Shown here: positions 46,657 through 56,483 of the stretch, piece by piece | Position numbering within the stretch: position 1 is the stretch's first letter | Layout: each line of letters starts with the position of its first letter | Source of the DNA: Candidatus Krumholzibacteriia bacterium | GTDB lineage: Bacteria > Krumholzibacteriota > Krumholzibacteriia > LZORAL124-64-63 | Reading direction: 5' to 3' | Length of the DNA: 64,000 nucleotides | Assembly (NCBI GenBank): GCA_050174015.1 | Contig: JBFXKG010000003.1 | Span: forward strand, 128,001-192,000 | Made by a program: the position numbers and the translations under genes | Notes under the pieces: generated by a model | Told to the model about the DNA's origin: nothing | The model's database searches: none | What the model saw: the letters and a program-made list of their open reading frames with translations, nothing else

Positions 46657-49305
46657 ATGGGACGATGGGCGCTGCGGACGGCGGCCCTGGCGGTGGTCTG
46701 CCTGGCGGCCGCCTGCCCGGACGCCCTGCTGGCCGGGACCACCGGGACGGTCGCCGGCACGGTGATCGACCAGGAAGGACGGCCGGTGGTGGCGGCCACC
46801 ATCCAGGTGATCGGCACCCGCCTGGGAGCCTACGCGGACGCCGAGGGAGCCTTCAACATCCTGAACGTCCCGCCGGGCACCTACGAGGTCAGGGCCAGCC
46901 GGCTGGGCTTCAATCCCGTCACCATCTCGGGCGTGATCGTCTCGTCCGACCAGACGGCCCGCATCGAGTTCAAGATGGGCGACACCACCCTCCAGGCGGA
47001 AGAGGTGGTGGTCGTGGCGGCCCGTCCCCCCGTCGATCTCAAGGAGACCAGCTCGCAGTCGACGCTGACGACCGAGGAGATCGAGTCCCTGCCCGTCCAG
47101 GACCTGGACGACGTGGTGAACCTGCAGGCGGGCGTGGTGGACGGTCACTTCCGCGGCGGCCGCCAGGGCGAGGTCCAGTACCAGGTGGACGGGGTCAGCG
47201 TGAACAACGCCTTCGACAACTCGTCCAGCCTGAAGATCGACCGCTCCCTGCTGCAGGAGGTCCAGGTCATCAGCGGGACCTTCGACGCGGAGTACGGCCA
47301 GGCCATGAGCGGCGTGGTCAACGCCGTGCTCAAGAACGGCACCGAGACCTTCCAGGCCGACGGCGAGGTCTACACCGGGGGCTTCTTCTTCCCCGGCCGC
47401 GAGGACGAGCGCCTGACGGACGACACCCCCCGCCTGACTGGGACCCAGAGCTACCAGCTGACCCTGAGCGGACCCCTGCCCCTGGCGAAGACCACCTTCC
47501 TGGTCAGCGGCCGGCGCTACCTGTTCGACGACTACATCTACGCCGAACGCCGCTACAACCCCACCGACAACGTCGAGGACCCCACGGAGCCCGGCAGCCC
47601 CTTCGTCGCCACGGGCGACCGCGAGCGCATGCCCCTGGGCTACAACGACGAATGGTCGGGGGTGGTCAAGGTCACGAACTCCGCCTTCGCCAACACCAGC
47701 CTGAACTACCAGGCGGTCTTCAACGGCCGCAAAGGCCGGCCCCAGAACTACATGTTCCGGTACATGCCGGACGGCCTGTCCATCCAGCGGTCGGTGTCGA
47801 TCTCCCACGGGCTGGACCTGACCCACACCCTGGGCTCCTCGTCCTTCCTGGACCTCAGCCTGCGGCAGAACTACTTCGAATACACCGACTACCTCTACGA
47901 GGACATCTACGATCCCCGGTACGACGATTCGCCCCAGCTCGACTCCTCGACCAACCTGGGGGACTGGTTCTACCAGGGCGTCCAGCTGAACCACTACCGC
48001 CAGAAGACCAACGCCTTCATCCTCAAGGGATCGGTCGTCAGTCAGCTCGACCAGGTCCACCAGCTGAAGACCGGGGTGGAGCTGAGCCTGCCCGCGGTCA
48101 CCTTCGGCAACGACGTCACCTTCACCTACGGGGAAGGGACCCTGGTCCGGCACCTGAACGAGCCCCCGGACTATCCCGGCCCGGCCACCTACCATCCGGT
48201 CATGGGGGCGGCCTTCATCCAGGATCAGGCCGAGACCGCCGACCTGATCGTGCGGTTCGGGGCGCGGCTGGACTACTTCGACGCCCGGTCGACCATCCCC
48301 AGCGATCTTGCCAATCCGGCCAACGCCATCGAGGGGGCGCCCGAATCCCGGCCCCAGGATACGACGGTCAAGGCCTCGGTGTCGCCGCGGCTGGGCGTCG
48401 CCTACCCCATCGAGGACAAGGCCGCCATCCACTTCGCCTACGGGCACTTCCGCCAGTTCCCCTCGGTGGGGACGATGTTCACCAACTCGGACTACGACAT
48501 CCTGGCCCGCCTGCAGGCCGGCGAGGTGCGCTACGGCCTGATGGGCAACCCCGACGTCAAGCCCGAGGAGACGGTGCAGTACGAGGCCGGCTACAAGCAG
48601 GTGCTGACGCCCGACCTGGGCTTCGACCTGACGATCTACTACAAGGACATCCGGGAATTGCTCGGGGTGGAGTTCATCGAGACCTACACCGGCGCCGAGT
48701 ACACGCGCCTGACCAACGTCGACTTCGGCAACACCCTGGGCGTCACCCTGGCCGTGGACCACCGCAAGGTGGGGCCGCTGAGCCTGGCCCTGGACTACAC
48801 CTGGCAGCAGGCCCTGGGCAACAGCAGCGATCCGAGCGAGACCGCCAACCGGGCCGCCGCCGGCGAGGATCCTCGGCCGCGCCTGGTGCCCTTCAACTGG
48901 GACCAGCGCCACACCGTCAACCTGACGGCCGCCCTCAACAAGCCGGACAGGTACTCGGTCAGCGCCGTGGTCCGGCTGGCAAGCGGCCAGCCCTACACCC
49001 CGGTGACCGAGGCCGCCTTCGGGTTCAACAGCGAGACCAACTCCGGCCGCAAGCCGACCGGATTCCTGGTCGACCTGCGGGCCGAGAAGACCATCGGGTC
49101 CGGAGGGAACGGCGGGGTCTTCCTGAGGGTGTTCAACCTGTTCGACGCTCGCTTCTTCAACGGGCCGGTCTTCGCCACCACGGGCAGTCCCTACTACTCG
49201 CGGACCGTGAGCCCCAGCGAGGAGATCGCCCTGCGGAATCCCACCCGTTTCCATCCCCCCCGGCGCATCGAATTCGGAGTGCGCTGGAAACTGGGAGGGT
49301 CCTGA
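46657..49305 (+). CDS. TonB-dependent receptor with N-terminal carboxypeptidase-regulatory-like domain
   Basis: GTTGTVAGTVID...NVPPGTYEV; plug HFRGGRQGEVQYQVDG, GTFDAEYGQAMSGVVN; GNPDVKPEETVQYE; barrel end PRRIEFGVRW. Confidence 0.9.
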   Translation: MGRWALRTAALAVVCLAAACPDALLAGTTGTVAGTVIDQEGRPVVAATIQVIGTRLGAYADAEGAFNILNVPPGTYEVRASRLGFNPVTISGVIVSSDQTARIEFKMGDTTLQAEEVVVVAARPPVDLKETSSQSTLTTEEIESLPVQDLDDVVNLQAGVVDGHFRGGRQGEVQYQVDGVSVNNAFDNSSSLKIDRSLLQEVQVISGTFDAEYGQAMSGVVNAVLKNGTETFQADGEVYTGGFFFPGREDERLTDDTPRLTGTQSYQLTLSGPLPLAKTTFLVSGRRYLFDDYIYAERRYNPTDNVEDPTEPGSPFVATGDRERMPLGYNDEWSGVVKVTNSAFANTSLNYQAVFNGRKGRPQNYMFRYMPDGLSIQRSVSISHGLDLTHTLGSSSFLDLSLRQNYFEYTDYLYEDIYDPRYDDSPQLDSSTNLGDWFYQGVQLNHYRQKTNAFILKGSVVSQLDQVHQLKTGVELSLPAVTFGNDVTFTYGEGTLVRHLNEPPDYPGPATYHPVMGAAFIQDQAETADLIVRFGARLDYFDARSTIPSDLANPANAIEGAPESRPQDTTVKASVSPRLGVAYPIEDKAAIHFAYGHFRQFPSVGTMFTNSDYDILARLQAGEVRYGLMGNPDVKPEETVQYEAGYKQVLTPDLGFDLTIYYKDIRELLGVEFIETYTGAEYTRLTNVDFGNTLGVTLAVDHRKVGPLSLALDYTWQQALGNSSDPSETANRAAAGEDPRPRLVPFNWDQRHTVNLTAALNKPDRYSVSAVVRLASGQPYTPVTEAAFGFNSETNSGRKPTGFLVDLRAEKTIGSGGNGGVFLRVFNLFDARFFNGPVFATTGSPYYSRTVSPSEEIALRNPTRFHPPRRIEFGVRWKLGGS

Positions 49306-52300
49306 TGACGCTGCGGCGGAGCATTCACCGGAAAGGGATGGATTTGATGCCACGGAACACGGGCACGGCCCGGGGATGGACGCCGGCGGCGGCCTGGCTG
49401 CTGGCCGCACTGTTGCCGATCCTGCTGTCGCCGGGGCGCATCGCCGCGGACGTGGTGACCCCGGTGCCGCAGGACGAGCGGGGCCGCGAGGACGCCGAGC
49501 GTTCGGGCCAGCACGACGCCAACAACATGCGGACCATCTTCTGGAACTACGGCATGGTCGGGGACTACCCGCGCGATCCCGGCAACGTCGACCTCAGCGT
49601 GTTCCACTCCGCGGAGGTGCCCAAGGGCAGCGGCATGAACTACAGCGACGGCATCACGCCGTTCGTGCTGGCGAAGATCTCGCAGCTGGACGGCGCCGAG
49701 GCCTACATCATGGAGACCGGGTTCCGGGAGCGCCAGGGAACGAGTCCCTACTTCAACCGCGTGATGCGCTTCGAGCCGCGGCCGGGCTACTTCCAGCCCG
49801 ATCCGGGCCTGAACCCGGGGCGTTCGGTCGCCCTCAGCAACGATCCGCGCACCTGGCCCGACTTCTGGCCCGACCGCCTGGACGAGGTGGACGACCCGGG
49901 CTGGCCGGGGTCCTGGAACGGCTACTTCGGCAAGCAGGTCGTCGCCGACCAGGAGAGCTACATGGTCCTGGACGACGACTTCTACGACGCCTGGAACTAC
50001 TATCCCGACAGCAGGGACCCGACGCGCCGGGGGCTGGGCCTGCGCATCGAGGTGCGGGGCTTCCAGTGGGCGAACCCCCAGGCCCGCAACGTGATCTTCT
50101 GGCACTACGACATCACGAACGAGAGCACGACCGACTACGAGGACAACATCATCTTCGGCCTCTACATGGATTCGGGCGTGGGCGGGTCCGCCCTGTCCTG
50201 CGACGGCATCTACGAATCGGACGACGACAACGCCTACTACCAGGACGTCTTCAACGGCCAGAGGATCAACCTCGTCTACACCTGGGACAACGGCGGGCAC
50301 GGCCGCGATCTCAGCAGCTCCTGCGCCACCACCGGGTACCTGGGCTACGCCTACATGGAGACACCGGGCAATTCCTCCGACGGCCTGGACAACGACCTCG
50401 ACGGGATCACCGACGAGCGGCGCGACGGCGGCCCCGGCGGGATGATGATCGGCGAATCCCAGATCATGTCCCACGTCGCGGCCAACTACGACCGGACGCG
50501 GTTCGAGGCCGCCTACGGACCGGTCGAGGAGTCTCCGGCGTACCGGGCGGGCCTGTGGTGGACCGGCGACGAGGACATGGACTGGACGGTCGAGGGGCAC
50601 GACGTCGGCGCGGACGGTCTCCCGGAAACAGGGGACACGGGTGAGGGCGACGGCATCCCCACGCCCGGCGAACCGAACTTCGACGGGACCGACCTGAACG
50701 AGTCCGACCAGATCGGCCTGACGGGGTTCAAGCTCAACCGCATCCGCCCCGGCCAGAACAATCCCAACCAGGAAGTGGACGGCATCGTCTTCTTCACCGA
50801 CAACCACGACTGGCCCGAGCGGCTGTACAACCAGTTCGCCGATCCCGATTCCTCGGTGCGGTTCGACGCTCCGCTTGCCTCGAACTACAACATCGGTTTC
50901 CTCTTCGCCTCCGGCCCCTTCCGGCTCGAGGCCGGCAAGACCGAGCGCTTCAGCCTGGCCCTGGCCTACGGCGCCAGTCTGGACGAACTGTCCCGCAACA
51001 CCCAGACGGTCCAGCAGATCTACAACGCCAACTACCGGTTCGCGGTCCCGCCCAAGGCGCCGACCGTGACCGCCGAGGAGGGCGACGGTTTCGTGCGCCT
51101 GTCCTGGGACGACGTCGCCGAACGCGGCGCCGACCCGGTCACCGGCGATTACGACTTCGAGGGTTACCGGATCTATCGCTCCACGGATCCGGACTTCCGG
51201 GATCCCCAGGTGATCACCACCGGGACCGGGAGCGGTCCCCTGGGCAACGGCAAGCCCATCGCCCAGTTCGACCGGATCGACGGGGTGAGCGGGTACTCGG
51301 AGCTGGCGATCGAAGGCGTCCAGTACTACCTGGGTACCGAGACGGGGCTCACCCACACCTGGACCGACTACGGGGTGACCAACGGCCAGCAATACTACTA
51401 TGCGGTGACGGCCTACGACTTCGGTTCGACCGATCCCAAGTTCAACTTCTACCCGTCCGAGAACGCCATCGCCCCCTCGCGGACGCCGCGAGGAGGGCTG
51501 GTGCTGCCGTCCAACGTGGTGGCCGCCCGGCCCAATCCCCGGGTGCTGGGCTACGTGCCCGCCGCGGCCGAAGCCGCCGAGCACGTCTCCGGACGAGGCG
51601 CGGGGACGGTGGTGGTCGAGGTCGTCAACTCCAACGAGGTGCCCGACGGCCACGACTTCAGCCTCGCCTTCGCGACGCCCCACCCGGACAGCCTGCTGGC
51701 CTCGCGCTACATCCTGACGGACGAGACCACCGGCGAGATCGTCTTCGAGACCGGCCGGGACCTGATCGGCCAGGGCATCGGCCCGGTGGGGGCCGGCCTG
51801 CTGCCCATCGTGGCGACAGCCGCGGAGGTCGTCATCGACCCCGAAAATTCCGGCTGGGCGGAAGGCAGTCCCACCGACCTGGAGCTCCGGGTGTCCTATC
51901 AGGACGTCCTGCCCATCAACCAGGTGCGTCCCGGCTTCCCCGACGACGTCACCGTGGAGTTCTTCGACAGGGTCGTGGACACGTCCCTGGCCGGGTTCCC
52001 CTTCGTGGCCACGCCCGCCAAGTTCAGGATCATCGCCCATACGGCCGAAGGCGACGTCCAGCTCGATTTCCGGTTCCGGGACCGGAACGGGGACCAGACC
52101 CTCAGCGCGGCGGACGAACTCGTCGACGCTTTCACCTATCTGGAGTCGGACCCGGACACGCCGCAGGCCACCTGGCGCTTCGAGGTGGACGTGGCCGGGG
52201 GAGAGGCGGAAACCGTTCCGGGGATCGCCGACGCCTACGAGTTGCGTCTGGTGCGCCCGTTCAGCGGCGACGACGTCTTCAGGTTCTCGACCCGGGGCTC

Positions 52301-52637
52301 CTACGTCGACAAGGCCGCCTCGGGCGTCCTGGCCCCCTACGTGGTGCCGAACCCGTACATGGCCTCCGCCAGCTTCGAACCCGAACGCTTCGCGGTGTCG
52401 GGCCGGGGGGAGCGGCGGATCGAGTTCCGCGGCCTGCCCGCCCGCTGCACCGTCCGGATCTACAACCTCCTGGGCGAACTGGTGCAGACCCTCCGGCACG
52501 ACGGGACCGACGAGGGAGTCGTGGCCTGGGACCTGCGCACCAAGGACCAGCTCGACGTCGCTCCGGGGCTCTACATCTTCCATGTGGACGGCGGAACGGC
52601 CGGGACCGCCACCGGCAAGTTCGCCATCGTGAAATGA
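49305..52637 (+). CDS. Large secreted protein (Asp-rich Ca-binding-like motifs, FN3-like domain) with T9SS-like CTD; start approximate (alternative 49347)
   Basis: Hydrophobic signal; DGLDNDLDG, VRLSWDD, FEGYRIYRS, YYYAVTAYD; CTD VVPNPY...IRIYN-like VRIYNLLGELV...WDLRT...APGLYIF...KFAIVK. Confidence 0.75.
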   Translation: MTLRRSIHRKGMDLMPRNTGTARGWTPAAAWLLAALLPILLSPGRIAADVVTPVPQDERGREDAERSGQHDANNMRTIFWNYGMVGDYPRDPGNVDLSVFHSAEVPKGSGMNYSDGITPFVLAKISQLDGAEAYIMETGFRERQGTSPYFNRVMRFEPRPGYFQPDPGLNPGRSVALSNDPRTWPDFWPDRLDEVDDPGWPGSWNGYFGKQVVADQESYMVLDDDFYDAWNYYPDSRDPTRRGLGLRIEVRGFQWANPQARNVIFWHYDITNESTTDYEDNIIFGLYMDSGVGGSALSCDGIYESDDDNAYYQDVFNGQRINLVYTWDNGGHGRDLSSSCATTGYLGYAYMETPGNSSDGLDNDLDGITDERRDGGPGGMMIGESQIMSHVAANYDRTRFEAAYGPVEESPAYRAGLWWTGDEDMDWTVEGHDVGADGLPETGDTGEGDGIPTPGEPNFDGTDLNESDQIGLTGFKLNRIRPGQNNPNQEVDGIVFFTDNHDWPERLYNQFADPDSSVRFDAPLASNYNIGFLFASGPFRLEAGKTERFSLALAYGASLDELSRNTQTVQQIYNANYRFAVPPKAPTVTAEEGDGFVRLSWDDVAERGADPVTGDYDFEGYRIYRSTDPDFRDPQVITTGTGSGPLGNGKPIAQFDRIDGVSGYSELAIEGVQYYLGTETGLTHTWTDYGVTNGQQYYYAVTAYDFGSTDPKFNFYPSENAIAPSRTPRGGLVLPSNVVAARPNPRVLGYVPAAAEAAEHVSGRGAGTVVVEVVNSNEVPDGHDFSLAFATPHPDSLLASRYILTDETTGEIVFETGRDLIGQGIGPVGAGLLPIVATAAEVVIDPENSGWAEGSPTDLELRVSYQDVLPINQVRPGFPDDVTVEFFDRVVDTSLAGFPFVATPAKFRIIAHTAEGDVQLDFRFRDRNGDQTLSAADELVDAFTYLESDPDTPQATWRFEVDVAGGEAETVPGIADAYELRLVRPFSGDDVFRFSTRGSYVDKAASGVLAPYVVPNPYMASASFEPERFAVSGRGERRIEFRGLPARCTVRIYNLLGELVQTLRHDGTDEGVVAWDLRTKDQLDVAPGLYIFHVDGGTAGTATGKFAIVK

Positions 52638-52683
52638 GGCCGGCGATGCGCGTGAACGTCAGGCCTGCAACGCGGGGAAAGAC

Positions 52684-53694
52684 ATGAAGAAAGTCGTGCT
52701 GATCCTGGGGGTGTACCTGGCGGCCGCGGTCGGCGGCGCGACGGCGCAGACCCAGGTCGGGAGCACCATCGGGACCTTCCTGCGGATCGAACCGGCCGCC
52801 CGCGGCGCCGCCCTGGGCAACGCCGGCTCGGCCCTGCCCGGAGGGGTCGACGCCGTCTACTACAACGTCGGCGCGCTCGGGCTGCTGGAGGAGGCGGCCG
52901 TCCAGTATTCCCACAGCATGTGGTTCGCCGACATCAGCCACGACTACTTCGCGGCGGCCCTGCCGGTCACCGGCGTGGGCAACTTCTTCGTCAGCGTGAC
53001 GGCGCTGAACTCGGGCGAGATCGACGTCCGCACGGTGGAGTCGCCCTTGGGCACGGGCGAACGCTACACGGTTTCCAACGTGGCTCTGGGCATCGGCTTC
53101 GGCAAGCGGATCACCAGCCGGTTCGCCGCCGGCCTGCAGGCCAACTACGTGACCGAGCGCATCTGGACCGCCTCGGACAAGATGATGACCTTCAATCTCG
53201 GCACCACGTACCTGCTGTCCGAGGGCGGGGCCCGCCTGGCCTTCTCCCTGGCGAACCTGGGCACCCGCGCCCGCTACACGGGCAGCGGCCTGGGCATCCA
53301 GTACGATCGAGATCCCGACTCCTACGGCGACAACAGCTCCCTGCCCGCCGAGCAGTCCACCGACCGGTTCCCCCTGCCGGGCCTGTTCCGGCTCGGCCTG
53401 AGCGTGCCCTACCAGGTGAGCAAGGAAAGCGCCCTGCTGCTGCTGGTCGAAGGGCTGCACCCCAACGACAACAGCGAGAGCATGAACCTGGGTGTGGAAT
53501 GGAAGCTGCGGCGGCTACTCGCCCTGCGCGCGGGATACCAGACCCTGTTCCAGACCGACGGCGAGCTGGGCCTGACCCTGGGCTTCGGCGTGGAAGGCGA
53601 CCTGGGCCGGTCCCGCTACGCCCTCGACTACGCGTGGGCGGGGCACGAGCACCTGGAGGACACCCATCGGGTGACCATGGTCATCGATTTCTAG
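52684..53694 (+). CDS. PorV/PorQ-family (UPF0164-like) outer membrane beta-barrel
   Basis: FLRIEPAARGAALGNA...AVYYNVGAL N-terminal motif; LALRAGY; ends in F. Confidence 0.82.
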   Translation: MKKVVLILGVYLAAAVGGATAQTQVGSTIGTFLRIEPAARGAALGNAGSALPGGVDAVYYNVGALGLLEEAAVQYSHSMWFADISHDYFAAALPVTGVGNFFVSVTALNSGEIDVRTVESPLGTGERYTVSNVALGIGFGKRITSRFAAGLQANYVTERIWTASDKMMTFNLGTTYLLSEGGARLAFSLANLGTRARYTGSGLGIQYDRDPDSYGDNSSLPAEQSTDRFPLPGLFRLGLSVPYQVSKESALLLLVEGLHPNDNSESMNLGVEWKLRRLLALRAGYQTLFQTDGELGLTLGFGVEGDLGRSRYALDYAWAGHEHLEDTHRVTMVIDF

Positions 53695-53697
53695 GAG

Positions 53698-53719
53698 GGG
53701 CCGCTCGCCGCGGCCCTTT
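53698..53719 (+). terminator. Short hairpin with TTT after the PorV-like gene
   Basis: GGGCCGC-tcgcc-GCGGCCC-TTT. Confidence 0.4.
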
Positions 53720-53742
53720 CGCAACTCGAGGAGTGACGGCCG

Positions 53743-55425
53743 GTGAAGACAATCCAGACATCACACCGCACGACGGCCCGCCCCCGCTACCGATGGCTCC
53801 TGTCCGCGATCCTCGTTTTGCTGGGGGTGCTGGCCGGCGCCGCACCCGGCGTCGCACCCGGTGTCCTGGCGGCCGGAGCCCGCGACCTGCCCCTGCCGGC
53901 CCAGAAATCCCTGCCCACCGAGGCCCTTCTGGACAGCCTGCAGCGCACCGCCTTCCAGTACTTCTGGGAGGAGGCGAATCCCCTCAACGGCCTGATCCGG
54001 GACCGCAGCCAGCCCTGGTCCCCCTGCAGCATCGCGGCCCAGGGATTCGGGATCACCGCCATCTGCATCGGGATCGACCACGGCTGGGTGTCCCGGACCG
54101 AGGGGCGCGACCGCATCCTGCTGGGCATGCAGACTCTCTGGGACGGGCCCCAGAGCGACGCCGAGTACAACACCAACGGCTACAAGGGCCTGTTCTACCA
54201 CTTCCTGGACATCAATTCCGGCGTGAGGACCTGGAGCAGCGAGCTTTCGACCATCGATACCGCCCTGCTGATGGCCGGGGTCCTGGACGCCAAGCAGTAC
54301 TTCGACACCGACGACCCGGGGGACGTCGAAGTGCGGGCCCTGGCGGACTCCCTGTACTACCGCGTGGACTGGGACTTCATGCGCAGCGGGGGCAACGGCC
54401 TGCGCATGGGCTGGAAGCCGGTCACCGGGTTCAGCGGCTTCGGTTACTGGATCGGCTACAACGAGGCCATGATCCTGTACCTGCTGGCCCTGGGCTCGCC
54501 GACCCATCCCGTGCCCGACTACACCTGGGCCTACTGGACCAGCGGCTACAACTGGAGCGTGCAGTACGGGCAGATCTACGTGATCTTCCCGCCCCTGTTC
54601 GGCCACCAGTACTCGCACTGCTGGGTGGACTTCCGCGACATCCGCGACCCCTACATGCAGCTGCGGGGCATCGACTACTTCGAGAACTCGCGGCGGGCCA
54701 CCGTTGCGGCCCGGGAGTACTGCATCGCCAATCCCTACGGGTGGGCAGGCTACGGGGAGAACTGCTGGGGTTTGACGGCCTCGGACGATCCGGGGGGCTA
54801 CCTGGCCCACGGGGCGCCGCCCGCCCAGAACGACAACGGCACCATCACGCCGACGGCGGCCGCGAGTTCCATCGCCTTCGCGCCCGAGATCGTCATCCCG
54901 GCGCTGCACCACATGTACGACAACTACGGCGTCATGCTGTGGGGCGAGTACGGCTTCAAGGACGCCTTCAACCTGACCCAGTTCTGGTGGGGGACCGACT
55001 ACCTGGGCATCGACCAGGGCCCCATCATCCTCATGATCGAGAACTACCTGAACGGTTCGGTGTGGAACCGGATGATGGGCAACGCCGACCTGCGGGCGGG
55101 CCTGATCCGGGCGGGCTTCATGGACGTGTCCGGGGTCCCCGAGGGACCCCTGGCCTCCGCCCCGGGCATCGAACTCGGGCAGAACGCGCCGAACCCCTTC
55201 CGGGGTTCGACCCAGATCTCCTTCCGGGTGGCCGAGCCCGGGGAGGTGACCCTGCGGATGTACGACCTGAGGGGTCGGATCGTGCGGGAGACCGTCGGCC
55301 AGGCAGCGGACAAGGACCTGCAGCAGATGACCCTGGATTCCGAGGGGCTGCCGAGCGGCATCTACCTGTATTCCCTGGAATCCCACGGCCGGACGCAATG
55401 GAAGCGGTGTATCGTACTGAAGTGA
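53743..55425 (+). CDS. Second GH144-like putative endo-beta-1,2-glucanase with T9SS-like CTD
   Basis: AFQYFW, GLFYHFLD, ELSTIDTALL, GYNEAM, PLFGHQYSH, DYFENSRRA, YLGIDQGP; CTD QNAPNPF...LPSGIYLY. Confidence 0.85.
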   Translation: MKTIQTSHRTTARPRYRWLLSAILVLLGVLAGAAPGVAPGVLAAGARDLPLPAQKSLPTEALLDSLQRTAFQYFWEEANPLNGLIRDRSQPWSPCSIAAQGFGITAICIGIDHGWVSRTEGRDRILLGMQTLWDGPQSDAEYNTNGYKGLFYHFLDINSGVRTWSSELSTIDTALLMAGVLDAKQYFDTDDPGDVEVRALADSLYYRVDWDFMRSGGNGLRMGWKPVTGFSGFGYWIGYNEAMILYLLALGSPTHPVPDYTWAYWTSGYNWSVQYGQIYVIFPPLFGHQYSHCWVDFRDIRDPYMQLRGIDYFENSRRATVAAREYCIANPYGWAGYGENCWGLTASDDPGGYLAHGAPPAQNDNGTITPTAAASSIAFAPEIVIPALHHMYDNYGVMLWGEYGFKDAFNLTQFWWGTDYLGIDQGPIILMIENYLNGSVWNRMMGNADLRAGLIRAGFMDVSGVPEGPLASAPGIELGQNAPNPFRGSTQISFRVAEPGEVTLRMYDLRGRIVRETVGQAADKDLQQMTLDSEGLPSGIYLYSLESHGRTQWKRCIVLK

Positions 55426-55533
55426 TCGCCGGCGCGAGGGACCAGCCGGTGAAGGAGGTGGTGGACCGTCGATGGAAAACGAAACTTCCGGGAACAAGGT
55501 ATAGATTCGTCATCAACCTGAGGAGAAACAGCC

Positions 55534-56340
55534 ATGTTCAAGATCTTCAAAGTCAGCGTCCTGTGCGCCTTCGCCCTGGTGGCGTTGTCGGCCGGGACGG
55601 CCCTGGCGACCGACACGCCCACCGGCGCGGTCGTCATCGAACGCGTTTTCAACGATTCCTTCGCATCGATTTTGACCGTCAACAACAGCTATCCGACCGT
55701 CATCGACATCAACGACGAGGCCGCCGGCCCCCTGGGCTGGGCGAACCTGCACGTCTGGCGGTTCTCCACCGACGGCATGACCGCCCAGCAGTTCGACAAC
55801 CTCGACGGGTTCATGTTCACGGCCGAGGTGACCCTCTCCGGAACCGGCGACGGCGAGGCCGGCCTGCAGATCTCCCCCTGGTGGTCCCCCAACGTCGACG
55901 GCCGCTTCAACGTGCGGACCCCCGACGGCGAGGTGGCCTGCTTCGGCGGCCGTCTGCCCTTCTATTCGTTCACGGGCAGCCAGGGCGTGAGCTACGTCAA
56001 GGGCACCACCGTGCGCCTGGGCATGATCTACACGACCAACGTCGAGATGAACTCGACCATGCCCGCCACCATCGAGTACCTCTACGACGACGGCGTCCTG
56101 CACACCAGCGGCCCGATTCCCTTCGACGAGGGCAACCCCGCCGAGGATCCCCCGCACGGGCTGTGGGGCATCCTGTCCCCCGCCTATGCGGGCGGCCACA
56201 TGCAGTTCAACAACATGTCCGGATCCGGCGTGGGTTCGAACTTCAACGTGGTCTGGGGCGACATCACCTTCCAGGATCTGGGCACGGTCGTCGCCGACGA
56301 GCCGACCAGCTTCGGCAACGTGAAGGCCCTGTTCCGGTAG
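55534..56340 (+). CDS. Secreted hypothetical protein with short C-terminal tail motif TSFGNVKALFR
   Basis: Strong GAGGAG RBS, signal peptide, beta-rich aromatic body (ISPWWSP, FGGRLPFYSF). Confidence 0.8.
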   Translation: MFKIFKVSVLCAFALVALSAGTALATDTPTGAVVIERVFNDSFASILTVNNSYPTVIDINDEAAGPLGWANLHVWRFSTDGMTAQQFDNLDGFMFTAEVTLSGTGDGEAGLQISPWWSPNVDGRFNVRTPDGEVACFGGRLPFYSFTGSQGVSYVKGTTVRLGMIYTTNVEMNSTMPATIEYLYDDGVLHTSGPIPFDEGNPAEDPPHGLWGILSPAYAGGHMQFNNMSGSGVGSNFNVVWGDITFQDLGTVVADEPTSFGNVKALFR

Positions 56341-56368
56341 ACGGAACGATCCGGCGAGTCGAGCGAGG

Positions 56369-56395
56369 AGACCCGGGGCGACCCGGGTCTTCTCC
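56369..56395 (+). terminator. Hairpin terminator closing the glycan locus
   Basis: AGACCCGGG-GCGA-CCCGGGTCT (GNRA loop), weak pyrimidine tail. Confidence 0.6.
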
Positions 56396-56411
56396 ATCCG
56401 GGGCAGGGCGG

Positions 56412-56440
56412 TTGACCGGATCCCCGCCGTCGCCCACAAT
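56412..56440 (+). promoter_or_regulatory. Sigma70-type promoter for the M28 peptidase
   Basis: TTGACC-N17-CACAAT. Confidence 0.55.
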
Positions 56441-56483
56441 TGCTGCAGGGGGAAGTCCGTCGCCTCGTCCCGAAAGGACCGCC

